From contig CAKQTC010000003.1 in assembly GCA_934274515.1 (NCBI GenBank), forward strand, positions 1,948-65,947: 64,000 nt of DNA, given 5' to 3'. The translations under genes were made by a program, and so were the position numbers. Shown in pieces: positions 19,103 through 30,741 of the stretch (the first letter of the stretch is position 1; every line of letters begins with the position of its first letter). The notes beneath the pieces were generated by a model. That model saw only the letters and a program-made list of their open reading frames with translations. It was not told where the DNA came from and made no database searches. The DNA is from an uncultured Clostridia bacterium (GTDB lineage: Bacteria; Bacillota; Clostridia; Christensenellales; DTU072).

Positions 19103-20734
19103 ATGATTACAGTATTGACTGCTGCACAGTTGCTCGATATTTTTAAGGGCGCGAAGCAAAATTTGCTTTTGAACAAAGCATATGTGGACGAACTTAACGT
19201 TTTCCCCGTGCCGGACGGCGATACGGGTACTAATATGGGGCTTACGATTACGTCCACGGTGAACGAGGCGGCGGAAAAAGACCTTACGAACGTCCCCGAG
19301 ATAATTACCGCAATGGCGAAAGGCGCACTTAAAGGCGCAAGGGGCAACAGCGGCGTTATTTTAAGTCAGATAGTTAAGGGAATGAGCGACGTAATTGCCG
19401 AAGCGAAAATCCTTAACACGAAAACATTTGCAAAAGCCCTTCAACAGGGAGCGAACAAAGCGTACGAAGCGGTTACTCATCCGAAAGAAGGCACTATACT
19501 TACCGTAATTCGCGTGGTTGGCGCATTTGCGGTTAAAATTGCGGCAAGAACTTCCGATTATATAGAATTTTTTGAAAAAATCTTAGATAAAGGCAATAAA
19601 ACTTTGGCGGACACGCCAAAACTTCTTCCCGTGCTTGCGAAAGCGGGCGTCGTGGATAGCGGCGGACAGGGGCTTATGTTCATTTTGCAAGGTATGTACA
19701 ACGTCCTTGCGGGAATACCGATGGAAGAAATCGCCGCAGAACAACAAACCAAGTCGAATAATACGCTGCAAAGTATCGATGACGATATACACGACCCTGA
19801 CAATATTCAATTTGCTTACTGTACGGAATTTTTTATCATCAACCTTAAAAAACAAACGACGCTAGCGGATATAGACAAGTTCCGCGATAAACTTATGAAA
19901 ATAGGCGATTGCGTGCTTGTAATCGGCGATTTGGAAATGGTTAAAGTTCACGTCCATACGAACTCGCCCGATAAGGCGCTCGGTTATGCGTTGCAATTAG
20001 GCGAACTTAATCTTCCCAAAATCGAAAATATGCTCGAACAAAGCCGTAAAATTCACGCGAAGAAAAAGCGCGAAAGAAAACCGATAGGTATGCTTGCGAT
20101 AAGTTGCGGCGAGGGGTTCTGTAAATTGTTCAAAGAATTTAACGCGGACGAAGTACTCGAAGGCGGACAAACGATGAACCCGAGCGTAGAAGACATCATC
20201 GAAAAAGTCAAAGAAGTAAACGCCGACAACGTTTTCGTTTTGCCGAACAATAAAAACATAGTTCTTGCTTGCGAGCAGGCGGTAAAAGAACTAAACGATT
20301 GCAATTTGATAATAATTCCTACGACAAACGTGTCGCAGGGGATAGCGGCGGCGATAGCGTACACGCCCGATACCGAACCGGAATACATAAAGGACGCAAT
20401 GACTACTGCGGCGAAAGCGGTGGAATGTATACAGATCACCCATTCGGTCAGGGATACCGAAATAGACGGATTTACGTTGAAAAACGGTGATATTATCGCA
20501 TTACGCGACGGAGTTGTGGCGAAAGGAACCGACCCGAACGAAGTCGCGATGGAAGCGCTTGCGACTTTTGATAAAGACAGCATATGCGTAATCACTATAT
20601 TCAACGGAGAAGGAGTTTCGGACGAAAAAGCGGAAGAATTGCAAGAAAAAGTAACGAAAGAATTCCCCGACAGCGACGTCGTGCTTTATAACGGCGGACA
20701 ACCGCACTACAATTACTTTATTAGCGTGGAATAA
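19103..20734 (+). CDS. yloV: DAK2 domain fusion protein YloV
   Basis: N-terminal Dak2 motifs (FPVPDGDTGTNM, ARGNSGVILSQ) plus a DegV-like C-terminal half. Sits between yloU and recG. Confidence 0.9.
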   Translation: MITVLTAAQLLDIFKGAKQNLLLNKAYVDELNVFPVPDGDTGTNMGLTITSTVNEAAEKDLTNVPEIITAMAKGALKGARGNSGVILSQIVKGMSDVIAEAKILNTKTFAKALQQGANKAYEAVTHPKEGTILTVIRVVGAFAVKIAARTSDYIEFFEKILDKGNKTLADTPKLLPVLAKAGVVDSGGQGLMFILQGMYNVLAGIPMEEIAAEQQTKSNNTLQSIDDDIHDPDNIQFAYCTEFFIINLKKQTTLADIDKFRDKLMKIGDCVLVIGDLEMVKVHVHTNSPDKALGYALQLGELNLPKIENMLEQSRKIHAKKKRERKPIGMLAISCGEGFCKLFKEFNADEVLEGGQTMNPSVEDIIEKVKEVNADNVFVLPNNKNIVLACEQAVKELNDCNLIIIPTTNVSQGIAAAIAYTPDTEPEYIKDAMTTAAKAVECIQITHSVRDTEIDGFTLKNGDIIALRDGVVAKGTDPNEVAMEALATFDKDSICVITIFNGEGVSDEKAEELQEKVTKEFPDSDVVLYNGGQPHYNYFISVE

Positions 20735-20737
20735 CAA

Positions 20738-22708
20738 ATGCTTTCCGACATAAAAGGAATAGGCGACGTAACGGAAAAGAAACTTCGGGCGCTCGGGATA
20801 AACGACGAACGCGACTTGGTGGAACGCACGCCGAAAAGTTATATGGACATGTCGGTAATCGCCCTTCCGCAAGAAAGCGCGGAGGGTGATTTTTGTTTAT
20901 TCGAAGCCGAGTTAACCGCCTTGTCGAAACCGTTCAAAAAGGGAAAACTCGAAATTTTGAAAGCCGTGGCAAAATGCGAAGAAACGGCGATAAAACTAGT
21001 ATGGTTTAACAGAAACTATGCAATTAAAATTCTGAAAATCGGAACAAAATATCGGTTTTACGGAAAGTTAAAAATAGAGAAAAACATTCTATTTTTCTAT
21101 AATGCGGCATTTGAAGAAATAGGCGAAAAAACCACTTTTTGCGGCATACAACCGATATACTGGACGCGCGGATTAATTCCGCAAAAAACGTATAGAACCT
21201 TCGTTGCCGACGCATTGAAAAAGTATGTTCCCGAAAGCGTAATCGATATAGAAAACGAGCGCAAATACGGATTAAAGCCTATTTGCGAGGCGTATTCCGA
21301 AATACATTTTCCTAAAAATATCAATGTTTCCGCCGCAAGAGAACGCATTGCTACGGAAAAAGTAGTTCGTCGTATTTGTGCATTCCGTATTGCACAAAAT
21401 AGGCAAATTAAGACAAAAACACGAAAATATGACATAAATACTAGTTTTGATGAGTTATTTTCGCTATTGCCGTTTAGGCTGAACGCGTCACAGCAAAGCG
21501 CACTCGACAAGATAGTAAAAGCGTTTTGTTCTGAAAAAAAACTTAATGCGGTATTGTGCGGCGACGTAGGCAGCGGCAAAACGGCGGTTGCAGTCGCGGC
21601 AATTTATTTTGTCGTTAAAAACGGCTATCGCGCTGCGATTATGGCACCTACGGAGATACTTGCAAGGCAGCATTATAATTTTATAAAACCGATTTTTTCC
21701 GCATTAGGCATAAGTGTTTGTTTTTTGAGTGGAAGCGCAAAAAACGCAGAAAAGAAAGAACTGCATTTTAAGATAAAAAACGGATTTTTTGATGTAATTG
21801 TCGGGACGCAGGCATTACTGTTTTGCGGAGAGGAAATTCCGAATTTAGGGTTTGTCGCGGAGGACGAACAGCATCGTTTCGGCGTCGCGCAAAGAACGGG
21901 TCTTATCTCGCGAGGCGAAGCGGTTGACGTACTCACGCTAAGCGCGACGCCTATCCCGCGTTCGATGCAACTCGTCGCGTACGGCGAGGTTGAATACGTC
22001 ACGATAGCCAAGCGGTTTGTCGGGACGGTTTCTACCAAAATAGTGCCGGAAATCAAAAGAAAAGGAATGTGGAAGTACGTCGCGGACGAATGCGCCAAGG
22101 GAACGCAGGCATACGTCGTCGCACCTAAAATTTACGATGCCGAAGGTGTGGAGAGCGAATCGGTGGAAGCGCTCGGCGAAGAACTGGCCGAATATTTTCC
22201 GTCCGAAAAAATCGGTGTGTTACACGGTAAATTAAAAGCCGCCGACAAGCAAGCGATACTCGATGGTTTCTATAAAAACGAGATTTCCGTACTCGTATCC
22301 ACGACTGTTGTCGAAGTAGGCATCGACGTGCCGAACGCGTCGATAATGGTAATCACCGACGCAGAAAAGTTCGGCTTGGCTACGTTGCATCAACTTCGCG
22401 GACGGGTCGGTCGCGACGGAAGAAAAGCGTACTGCTTTCTTTACACGAAAAAGCAACCGACAGACGGATTGAGAACTTTATGCGAATGTTCGGACGGATT
22501 CGAACTTGCCGAAAAGGATTTTGAAAACCGCGGCGGCGGCGATGTTTTCGGACTCGAACAATCGGGTGCGGGCACAATCGACGGTCTTAATCTAAGGGTG
22601 CTAAAAATCGCAAAAGACATAGTAGACGGGTTGGATTTATCGAAATCGGAACCCGTGCTTAAACGCGAAATCGAAAGTTATTCGCTTACGGACGTCAGCC
22701 TTACTTAG
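20738..22708 (+). CDS. recG: ATP-dependent DNA helicase RecG
   Basis: Wedge domain, then helicase motifs GDVGSGKT, DEQHRFG, TATPIPR and HQLRGRVGR. Confidence 0.95.
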   Translation: MLSDIKGIGDVTEKKLRALGINDERDLVERTPKSYMDMSVIALPQESAEGDFCLFEAELTALSKPFKKGKLEILKAVAKCEETAIKLVWFNRNYAIKILKIGTKYRFYGKLKIEKNILFFYNAAFEEIGEKTTFCGIQPIYWTRGLIPQKTYRTFVADALKKYVPESVIDIENERKYGLKPICEAYSEIHFPKNINVSAARERIATEKVVRRICAFRIAQNRQIKTKTRKYDINTSFDELFSLLPFRLNASQQSALDKIVKAFCSEKKLNAVLCGDVGSGKTAVAVAAIYFVVKNGYRAAIMAPTEILARQHYNFIKPIFSALGISVCFLSGSAKNAEKKELHFKIKNGFFDVIVGTQALLFCGEEIPNLGFVAEDEQHRFGVAQRTGLISRGEAVDVLTLSATPIPRSMQLVAYGEVEYVTIAKRFVGTVSTKIVPEIKRKGMWKYVADECAKGTQAYVVAPKIYDAEGVESESVEALGEELAEYFPSEKIGVLHGKLKAADKQAILDGFYKNEISVLVSTTVVEVGIDVPNASIMVITDAEKFGLATLHQLRGRVGRDGRKAYCFLYTKKQPTDGLRTLCECSDGFELAEKDFENRGGGDVFGLEQSGAGTIDGLNLRVLKIAKDIVDGLDLSKSEPVLKREIESYSLTDVSLT

Positions 22709-22791
22709 CGAGTCGTTCGTTTCGATACGAAAAATCGCAGATATAAATCGGTATAAACTCGGATTTAGGGCGATTATTTTTTAGTTTAGTC

Positions 22792-22820
22792 TTGATTTTA
22801 TTTCTAACAAGTGTTATATT
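22792..22820 (+). promoter_or_regulatory. SigA-type promoter TTGATT-17-(TG)TATATT
   Basis: ttgatt at 22792-22797, a 17-nt spacer ending in tgt, then tatatt at 22815-22820. The track's TTG start equals the -35. Confidence 0.55.
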
Positions 22821-22851
22821 AATATATATTAATATTTCGCGGAGTATGAAT

Positions 22852-25800
22852 ATGAAGAAAATCAAGCCGATATTGCTTTTTATAATTTGTTTAAGTATAT
22901 TGCTCACGGTGTTTGCGTGTACGAACAAACCTACGGTTGACGTAGACGGAAACGAAGTGGTGATTGACTTTGCAAAAATATCCGAAGTATCTGTGCTTAA
23001 TCCCGAACAACTCGAAACCGAGGGTTTTCTTCTTTCCGCTTTTCAATTATCCGATATAACCGTTCATATTACATACAACGAAAATAACTCCGTCGATATT
23101 CCGTTTTCCGCTACGATGGTAAAGGCGGCAAGCCAAGCGAAACTCGCCGTTGCAGGCGTGCATACGATAGAATGTACTTACGGAGGGAAATTCGATTTTA
23201 GTTTCGTACTCAGACTTTACACGTCGGTAGAAACGAAGTACACGGTTACTTTTTACGACGAGAACGGAGAAAACGTCGTCGGAACCAGGCATTTGCGCGA
23301 AGGCGATAAAGCCACGCCGCCGGATATGCCCACGAAAGAAAACTACACTTTGGTTGGTTGGAAAAACAAAACGACCGGCGCTATGACGACCGATTTCACG
23401 GTAAGAAACAACGTCGCGTTCGTCGCCGTGTATCAACCCGATTTTTACGAAGTTAAATTCTACTATACGGTGGGCGAAAAAAGCACGCTTATCAAGACGT
23501 CAATCGTTGCGCGCGGAGGGAGCGCACTCGACGTTGCGCCCGAAATACCTATCGTGTCGGGATACAGCAAAGGCAGATGGAGCGACGAAGAAAAGATGAA
23601 GTCCGTAGGCGAAAACAATACGGATTTTTATGCCGTTTACGACTCCGATAAAGTTTTGATTACGTTTTCATACTACAAATACACCGAAGGCGAATATTAC
23701 GACTACGACGTTTCGTGGAGCGTGGATCTCGCGACGGAAGGCGTTACGCCGCCGGACGACGCAGGCAGACTTAAAGATAACGTGTTTTTATACTGGTACG
23801 TCGAAAGGGACGGCAAAGAAATAAGGACGGAGTTCCCGTATAAAGTTACGGGAGAAATGAAATTTATCGCAAAATACGTTTCGTTTGCAGACGGAACGCC
23901 CGAACTCGAATATAAACTCGACGACGAAGGGGCGGGATATACCGTTGTCGGACTGAAAGCGGATAGCGACGCGGAAATAGCGGTTATTCCCAATTATTAT
24001 TTAGGCTTGCCTGTTAAATCGGTCATGAGCGGAGCGTTTTCGTATACGAGCGTAAAAAAATTCGCCGTGAGCGCCGACAACAGATATTTCAGAGCAAACG
24101 ACGGCGCGTTGTATTCGCTTAGTTCCAACGTAGTTACTCTTGCCGCGTATCCCGTTGCGGACAGAAGAACTAGTTTTGTTCCCGACGCAAAAACCAAGAA
24201 AATAGACGCGTACGCGTTTAGAAACGCCGATATTCTCGAAACGATTTCCCTTCCGTCGGGTATAACGGAAATCGGACGCGGCGCGTTTTCAGAATGTGAC
24301 AAACTCTCATCGATAATTCTTCCCGATAACGTGGAAACCGTGTCCGCCGAACTGTTCAAAAACTCTCGTTCGCTCGTTTCGGCGTCGATAGGGAAGAAAG
24401 TAAAGAGTATAGGCAACGAGGCGTTTTACGGCGCGTCGTCGCTTACGGGCGTCGTTTTGCCCGCGTCGCTCACCGAACTCGGCGAAAACGTGTTTGTCGG
24501 CTGCGGAGAACTAGCAAGTATAATGGTATCGAGCGAACACTCGATAGTTAATCCGAGATTTACCGTATCGGGCGGAGCATTGTACGGGTATAAGGAGGGA
24601 GGAACAAACCCGTACGCTTGTTTGTACGCATACCCGTCTAAGTATCTCGGCGGCAACGCGTCGGCGGAGTTTGCGGTACATTCGGATGTTCAAGTCATCA
24701 AAAAAGGCGCGCTTTACGGCGCGGCGATAGAAGGAATTTACGTGGGTACGAAAACCGTGGAATTCGAAGAATACAGCGTGGTATGCCCGTTGGTGGTTTC
24801 GATACGGTTCGGCGCGACGAAAGTCACTATGCCCGAAGAAACGTTCGGAACGAACAAACCCGAAGTGATATACGTTACCGACGCGACCGAACTCAACAAC
24901 AACGGCGACGCGTTCGGGATTCGCGTGGAAAAGTATCCGGGGACGGGTTCTCCGTATAAGAGTTTTGTCAACGGAGGATTTGCGTACGAAGTAAACGAAA
25001 CGACTAAAAAAGTCACGATAACGGCTTATAAAGGCAGTTCTGCGGTTTTGGAAATACCGAAAAAAATCAACTCGTTTGACGTGGCGGCAATCAAAAGCGG
25101 CGTATTTATGAACAATTCTTCGATAAGGGAAGTAGTAATTCCCGATACGCTCGTAGAAATCGGCGACGACGCTTTCGCACAGTGCAACAACCTTACGAAA
25201 GTCACGTTCGGAAAGAATTTGCGCAAAGTGGGAGAAAACGCTTTTGCAAACTGCGGCAAAGACGTTGAGTTTATAAGCGGCGAAGCGAAAATAATCGAGG
25301 TAGGGGAAAACGCTTTCGGGGATTTCAAAAAAACTGCTGACGAAAAAGGCGTGGTGACGATAGGCGGAGTGGCGGTCGCTTACGTCGGATACGGGAAAAC
25401 GATAGAGATTTCCGAAAACATTACGATTATAGCGGAACGAGCGTTTGCAAACGCGCCGTTCGTTTCAAAAATTGATTTTTCCGCCGCAAAGTCATTAATA
25501 GAAATCAAGAAAGAGGCGTTTATCGGGTTGGAGGAAATAACCGATATTGCTTTACCCGAAAATTTAACTTCAATAGGGGAACGAGCGTTTTACGGGTGCG
25601 TAAGGCTGAGCGTAATAAGCGGAATACCGACAAGCGGAGAAATCGGTTCTGCTGCGTTTGACGAATGCGGAACGGAAAAAAACGCTTGCTGGGACGTAAG
25701 AAACGGCGTGCTGAGAAGATACCGCGGAAACGCGAAGACGGTGGTTATTCCGCAAAACGTTATCGAAATAGCGGCAAACGCTTTTAAGGGTAATTCTTAT

Positions 25801-28800
25801 GCGGAAACAGTCGTTTTCCCGACGGAATTGACTACGGTGGGCAAGTCCGCGTTTGAAAGTTGTGTTAACTTAAAACAGGTTATCGTAAACGATAAACTTA
25901 ACGAGATAAGAGAAAAAGCCTTTTACGGTTGCGACGAACTCGATAAAATAGATTTTTCTTTTGCAAACGGTTTGAACGTAATAGCGGGCGACGCATTCGA
26001 CGGAACGAAATGGTTGGCGACGCATACGGACGACAGCGTAATCATTAACGGGATATTCTATAAATATCTCGGACAATCGGAAGATTTGCATATACCGAAC
26101 GGGGTACGCATTATAAACGAAAAAGCGTTTTACCAAGCGAAGATAAACACGTTGTACATACCCGAAAGCGTCAGAACGATAGGCAATTATGCGTTTGCTC
26201 GGTCGGCAATATCAAAATTTAACTTCGGGCTAAGAAACGTGTCGATAGAAATTATCGGCGAAAGCGCATTTGAAGAGTGCGTCGAACTTTCGTTTTTGGA
26301 TTTAGGGAATATGAATAAATTGAAAACGATAGGGAAGAGAGCGTTTTACGGAGCAAGACCGGCAAACGACGGAAAAAGCGAAATACACGTTTATATTCCG
26401 TCTTCGGTAACGGAAATAGGCGAGTCCGCGTTTGAAAATTCGGGAATAAAAACGATAAGATTTGTCGCGGGGAGCAAACTCGAAATCATTGAAAAAAGAA
26501 CGTTTTTCGGTTGCGACCTGCTCACGTCCGTTATATTCGAAGGAAACAGCGATCTTGTCGAAGTGCGTGAGAGCGCGTTTGAAAATTGCGGCAAGATGCA
26601 AGTTTTTCATAACACGAAAGGAAGTATCTATGCGCTCGGCGAAAGGGCGTTTTACGGAGCGACATCGCTTGAAAACTTCAAAATTAACGAAACGGAACTC
26701 ACGGAAATAGGTAAAGATTGTTTTGGCGACAACAAATTTATCGGGGAAAGCGACGATAAGATGGTCTTTGTCGGAACTGTTTTAATTAAGTACAACGGAA
26801 AACTGGATTCCGTAGTTAAAATTCCCGCAAAAACGACTTCAATAGGAAATTCTGCTTTTGCCGGAAACGGTTTTATCGAAACCGTTATCTTTATGACGCA
26901 AAACGGCAAGACGCAAATAAAGGAGATTCAAGAAAGCGCGTTTGAGAACTGTATTTCGCTTAAAACCGTTAAACTCCCCGATAGTGTGACGACGATAGGA
27001 GCAAGGGCGTTCGCTCGCTGCGGCGCGCTTACGGAAATAGAACTCGGAAACGGCGTCACGGCGATCGGTCGCGGAGCGTTCGCGTCATGCGGCTCGCTTG
27101 CCGAAATAACGATTACTTCTTCGGTGGATAACTTTGACGGAAGCGCGTTCAACGGTTGTGACTCGCTTGCGGAAATCAAAGTAACGGGCAGCAATAAATA
27201 TTATTCGGTAGACGGCGTTGTTTACGAATACAAAACAACGAAAACCGACGGACAACAAATTCGTACGGCAAAACTCGTCGCATACCCGAACGGGCTTACG
27301 GCGCAACAGGGAGCGTACCTTGTTCCGAAAACAATCGCGGTAAACGGAACGAGTTATTCCGTAATGGGAATAGGCGATTATGCGTTTTCGGGTTGCAATA
27401 AATCAGAGGTGTCGAAAATTATGCTACACTCGGAAATTACTTCGATAGGCAAATATGCGTTTGAAGAAACCGAAGTGGCGGTCGTTTTCGACGACAACGT
27501 GAAAATAACAGAGTTTTCCGATTATATTTTCTCGAAATACGAAGGAAACGAAATAAAAATACCGAATTCGGTGACTACGATAGGTAAACATGCGTTTGAA
27601 AACGTGAAAAACGTTTCTACAATCGAAATTCCCGTTGCCGTGTCGGCAATAGGCGAATATGCTTTTGCAAATACGAGCGCGGAAATAAAGTGGAACGCGA
27701 ATTGTGCGCTCGAAACGGTGTCCGATTACGGTTTCGCAGGGTATAAAGGCAACAACCTTACCATACCGAGTTCTGTCAAAGAAATAGGGAAATATGCGTT
27801 TTTCGATATTACGGCTATATTGAAAATAGACGCGAAACTTACTCAAATAGGCGACTACGCGTTTTACGGCTACCGCGGAACGACTGCTCCCGAATTGCCC
27901 GAAAGCGTGACGTCCTTAGGCGAATATTCTTTTGCGCAAATGACGAACCTTACCGACAAAATAGAAATCGGAGCAGGAGTAGAAAGCATCGGCGCATATG
28001 CGTTTAGCGGAGTTTCCGTTCCCGTCAAAATCGACAAGATGTCAAAACTAAAAGAAATAGGCGAATATTCGTTTGCCGAGTATATGGGCAGCGACGCGGA
28101 AATACCGAGCGGAGTTTCTTCCGTCGTTAGATATGCGTTTTACGGTTGCACGAATCTCGTACGTGTGGACGGAATAAGCAACGTTACAAGTATAGGCGAC
28201 TATGCATTCGCCTTGACGAAACTCAATTCGTTTGTCGCGCACGACGGGTTGAAAACGATAGGAACGAGAGCGTTTTACGGCTGTTCGAATTTGACGGAAA
28301 TTCGTTTCGGGAAGACGAGCGAAATCATCGGAATAGGACAAGGTGCGTTCGAAGGTTGCGAGGCTTTGACGGATGGCGATTTCGCCTTTGTCGGAGGAAC
28401 GAGCGGTTTCAATAACGGCTACATAGGCTATGTTTTCGGCGGAAAATCTTATACGGAGAACTCGTCCGTCGTGCCGAGTTCGCTAAAAAAAGTTACCGTT
28501 TACGGCGGAGTAATCGACGCGAACGCGTTTTACGGCTGTGCAAACATCGAAAAAATACTAATCGATGAAGACGTACTTAGCGTAAAAGAAGGCGCGTTTA
28601 TCGGATGCGAAGGGCTTACCGAAATATCTCTTCCTTACGGCGGAGTGATGGGGCTGCTTTTCGGCGGGGATAAATATTCCAACAACAAGACGTACGTTCC
28701 GTCGTCTTTGAAAACGGTGGAACTTAAAAAAATAACCGAAATAAGCGATAACGCGTTTTACGAATGTATAAACGTTAAATCGGTAAAAATTCCCGACGGT

Positions 28801-30741
28801 TTGGAAACCATAGGAAACGCGGCGTTTTACGGCTGTTCCGCGTTGGAAATGGTGACTATCGGCGCAAACGTAAAGAAAATCGGTGCAAACGCATTTGCAA
28901 GATGTTCTTCTATGAAAGCGATAGAGGTGAACAGAGCAAACGAATCGTACGTCGCAAGCGAAGGCGTTTTGTATGCGAAAGGAAAAGACGCTTCGGGAAA
29001 ATTTATCGCGAGATTAATGAATTATCCGCAAAAGAAAACGGGGACGGAATATAAAATCGGGTTGAACGTTGACGGAACGGATTATACGGTAACGGGAATA
29101 GACGGTTACGCGTTCTATTACACGTCGCTTAAAAAAGTAATCGTTCCCGAAAGTTTGAAATCCATAGGAGATTATGCTTTTGCGTACTCGATGTTATCGG
29201 AAATAACTCTTTACAAAGATACGGAAAACATATCGACAAACGCGTTTATCGATTGTTCGTCGCTTAAAAAAATATATATAGAAAACCCGAATATGTTGAT
29301 AGCACAGACGGACGCTTATAGAATTTTTGCGAAAGCAAACGAGATTTACGTCTTGCCCGACCTGTCCGATTCTATAAAAGAAACTACCTATATTTACAAA
29401 AACTTCGTAAAACTCGTTTCGTCGAACTCGGATAAAACGTTGACGATAAAAAACAACGACAAAGAATACGTCGTCTATTATAGAAAAGACGCGGTTACGC
29501 CACTGGATTTCGACGTCAATTTCGATTCCAAAGCGGGCAACGTGTACGTTGACGGAAATCCATACGCAGGAAGAAACAATTATCTCGCAGGCACGAAAAT
29601 CGGGCTTAAAGTCGAGCCTAGGGACGGATATTTGTTTGTCGGGTGGTTTGTTAACGACGAAATGTTAAGCGGCGACAGAGAAATATCGTATACAATAGAA
29701 AATAGGAAAGTCGCACTTAGTGCAAGATTTGCTTTTATCGGAGGAACGCAAACAGAATTCGTCGTTAAAGAAACCGGCACGCTCGAAGGCGACGTCAAGT
29801 ATTATCTCGTTGAGCCGAAATCGGAAGAAGAAGTCGGGTCACACAGGATACTGTCGTTTGTAGGAACGGGCGAGTTGTCGTATATCGCGGCGGACTTCAA
29901 TCATAACGCTTACGTTACTTCCGTAATTGTCGGCGACGGTATTACCGCTGTTAGAGAAGGAGCGTTCAAAGGGTTTGTCGAGTTGGAAAACGTGTCGTTG
30001 CCGCGCACCCTCACGGCTATCGGCGAAAGGGCGTTTGCCGATTGCAAAAAATTACAACGCGTAAAACTGCCTGAAAAACTAACGAGAATAAGAGAGTTCG
30101 TGTTTGAAAATTGTAGTGCGCTTGATAATATAATTCTTGGCAAAGAAACTCTTACAATCGAAGCAAACGCGTTTAAGAACACGGCAATATCTACGATAAA
30201 ATTACCGTTTACGATAAAAAGCGTTGACGATAACGCGTTTGCCGAGTGCAATTCATTAAAGTATATCGAAGTTGACGCGGAGTTGAAATCGACGCAATCG
30301 AGCGGCGCGGCGACCGAGGCATACGCGTCTTACGCAGGCGCGCTGTATCGGTTAAATATTCAAAAAAAGGAAGCGGCTTTGGTTGTCGTCCCGCACGGCA
30401 TTTACGGAACGTTCGTGATTCCCGAAACGGTGGAAAGACAATGCGTCGATTATAATGTCACCGAAATATGCGGCGGAGCGATGTTGGCGTGCGTAGACGT
30501 TAACGTCGCGGTTATACCTACTTCCGTCGTTTTCATAGGCAACGCGGCGTTTAACGGTAGCGGAATAGAAACGATAGAAATGAGTGATAACGGAAAGTAC
30601 GTCGTTATCGAAAACGTGTTGTATTCATATACGACGGAACAAGGAGAAAACAAAGCGACGATTGTGTACAACGCGTCGAAAGTAACACCGCCCGAAAAGG
30701 TGACGATAAATAACCAAGAATACACGGTAATCAACCGTTGA
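22852..30741 (+). CDS. giant BspA-type leucine-rich-repeat surface lipoprotein (2,629 aa)
   Basis: MKKIKPILLFIICLSILLTVFAC lipobox, with GGAG 7 nt upstream of the ATG at 22852. Listeria-Bacteroides-type repeats (YTVTFYDENGE..YTLVGW). Dozens of IGxxAFxxCxxLxxIxIPxxV units (LRR_5/BspA type). Late B-repeat-like module (GYLFVGWFVNDE). Confidence 0.85.
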   Translation: MKKIKPILLFIICLSILLTVFACTNKPTVDVDGNEVVIDFAKISEVSVLNPEQLETEGFLLSAFQLSDITVHITYNENNSVDIPFSATMVKAASQAKLAVAGVHTIECTYGGKFDFSFVLRLYTSVETKYTVTFYDENGENVVGTRHLREGDKATPPDMPTKENYTLVGWKNKTTGAMTTDFTVRNNVAFVAVYQPDFYEVKFYYTVGEKSTLIKTSIVARGGSALDVAPEIPIVSGYSKGRWSDEEKMKSVGENNTDFYAVYDSDKVLITFSYYKYTEGEYYDYDVSWSVDLATEGVTPPDDAGRLKDNVFLYWYVERDGKEIRTEFPYKVTGEMKFIAKYVSFADGTPELEYKLDDEGAGYTVVGLKADSDAEIAVIPNYYLGLPVKSVMSGAFSYTSVKKFAVSADNRYFRANDGALYSLSSNVVTLAAYPVADRRTSFVPDAKTKKIDAYAFRNADILETISLPSGITEIGRGAFSECDKLSSIILPDNVETVSAELFKNSRSLVSASIGKKVKSIGNEAFYGASSLTGVVLPASLTELGENVFVGCGELASIMVSSEHSIVNPRFTVSGGALYGYKEGGTNPYACLYAYPSKYLGGNASAEFAVHSDVQVIKKGALYGAAIEGIYVGTKTVEFEEYSVVCPLVVSIRFGATKVTMPEETFGTNKPEVIYVTDATELNNNGDAFGIRVEKYPGTGSPYKSFVNGGFAYEVNETTKKVTITAYKGSSAVLEIPKKINSFDVAAIKSGVFMNNSSIREVVIPDTLVEIGDDAFAQCNNLTKVTFGKNLRKVGENAFANCGKDVEFISGEAKIIEVGENAFGDFKKTADEKGVVTIGGVAVAYVGYGKTIEISENITIIAERAFANAPFVSKIDFSAAKSLIEIKKEAFIGLEEITDIALPENLTSIGERAFYGCVRLSVISGIPTSGEIGSAAFDECGTEKNACWDVRNGVLRRYRGNAKTVVIPQNVIEIAANAFKGNSYAETVVFPTELTTVGKSAFESCVNLKQVIVNDKLNEIREKAFYGCDELDKIDFSFANGLNVIAGDAFDGTKWLATHTDDSVIINGIFYKYLGQSEDLHIPNGVRIINEKAFYQAKINTLYIPESVRTIGNYAFARSAISKFNFGLRNVSIEIIGESAFEECVELSFLDLGNMNKLKTIGKRAFYGARPANDGKSEIHVYIPSSVTEIGESAFENSGIKTIRFVAGSKLEIIEKRTFFGCDLLTSVIFEGNSDLVEVRESAFENCGKMQVFHNTKGSIYALGERAFYGATSLENFKINETELTEIGKDCFGDNKFIGESDDKMVFVGTVLIKYNGKLDSVVKIPAKTTSIGNSAFAGNGFIETVIFMTQNGKTQIKEIQESAFENCISLKTVKLPDSVTTIGARAFARCGALTEIELGNGVTAIGRGAFASCGSLAEITITSSVDNFDGSAFNGCDSLAEIKVTGSNKYYSVDGVVYEYKTTKTDGQQIRTAKLVAYPNGLTAQQGAYLVPKTIAVNGTSYSVMGIGDYAFSGCNKSEVSKIMLHSEITSIGKYAFEETEVAVVFDDNVKITEFSDYIFSKYEGNEIKIPNSVTTIGKHAFENVKNVSTIEIPVAVSAIGEYAFANTSAEIKWNANCALETVSDYGFAGYKGNNLTIPSSVKEIGKYAFFDITAILKIDAKLTQIGDYAFYGYRGTTAPELPESVTSLGEYSFAQMTNLTDKIEIGAGVESIGAYAFSGVSVPVKIDKMSKLKEIGEYSFAEYMGSDAEIPSGVSSVVRYAFYGCTNLVRVDGISNVTSIGDYAFALTKLNSFVAHDGLKTIGTRAFYGCSNLTEIRFGKTSEIIGIGQGAFEGCEALTDGDFAFVGGTSGFNNGYIGYVFGGKSYTENSSVVPSSLKKVTVYGGVIDANAFYGCANIEKILIDEDVLSVKEGAFIGCEGLTEISLPYGGVMGLLFGGDKYSNNKTYVPSSLKTVELKKITEISDNAFYECINVKSVKIPDGLETIGNAAFYGCSALEMVTIGANVKKIGANAFARCSSMKAIEVNRANESYVASEGVLYAKGKDASGKFIARLMNYPQKKTGTEYKIGLNVDGTDYTVTGIDGYAFYYTSLKKVIVPESLKSIGDYAFAYSMLSEITLYKDTENISTNAFIDCSSLKKIYIENPNMLIAQTDAYRIFAKANEIYVLPDLSDSIKETTYIYKNFVKLVSSNSDKTLTIKNNDKEYVVYYRKDAVTPLDFDVNFDSKAGNVYVDGNPYAGRNNYLAGTKIGLKVEPRDGYLFVGWFVNDEMLSGDREISYTIENRKVALSARFAFIGGTQTEFVVKETGTLEGDVKYYLVEPKSEEEVGSHRILSFVGTGELSYIAADFNHNAYVTSVIVGDGITAVREGAFKGFVELENVSLPRTLTAIGERAFADCKKLQRVKLPEKLTRIREFVFENCSALDNIILGKETLTIEANAFKNTAISTIKLPFTIKSVDDNAFAECNSLKYIEVDAELKSTQSSGAATEAYASYAGALYRLNIQKKEAALVVVPHGIYGTFVIPETVERQCVDYNVTEICGGAMLACVDVNVAVIPTSVVFIGNAAFNGSGIETIEMSDNGKYVVIENVLYSYTTEQGENKATIVYNASKVTPPEKVTINNQEYTVINR

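Noticed and set aside
22727-22739. Small hairpin tttcg-ata-cgaaa after recG as a terminator
   Set aside because: It has only a 5-bp AT-rich stem with a 3-nt loop and no following U-tract, which is too weak to call.
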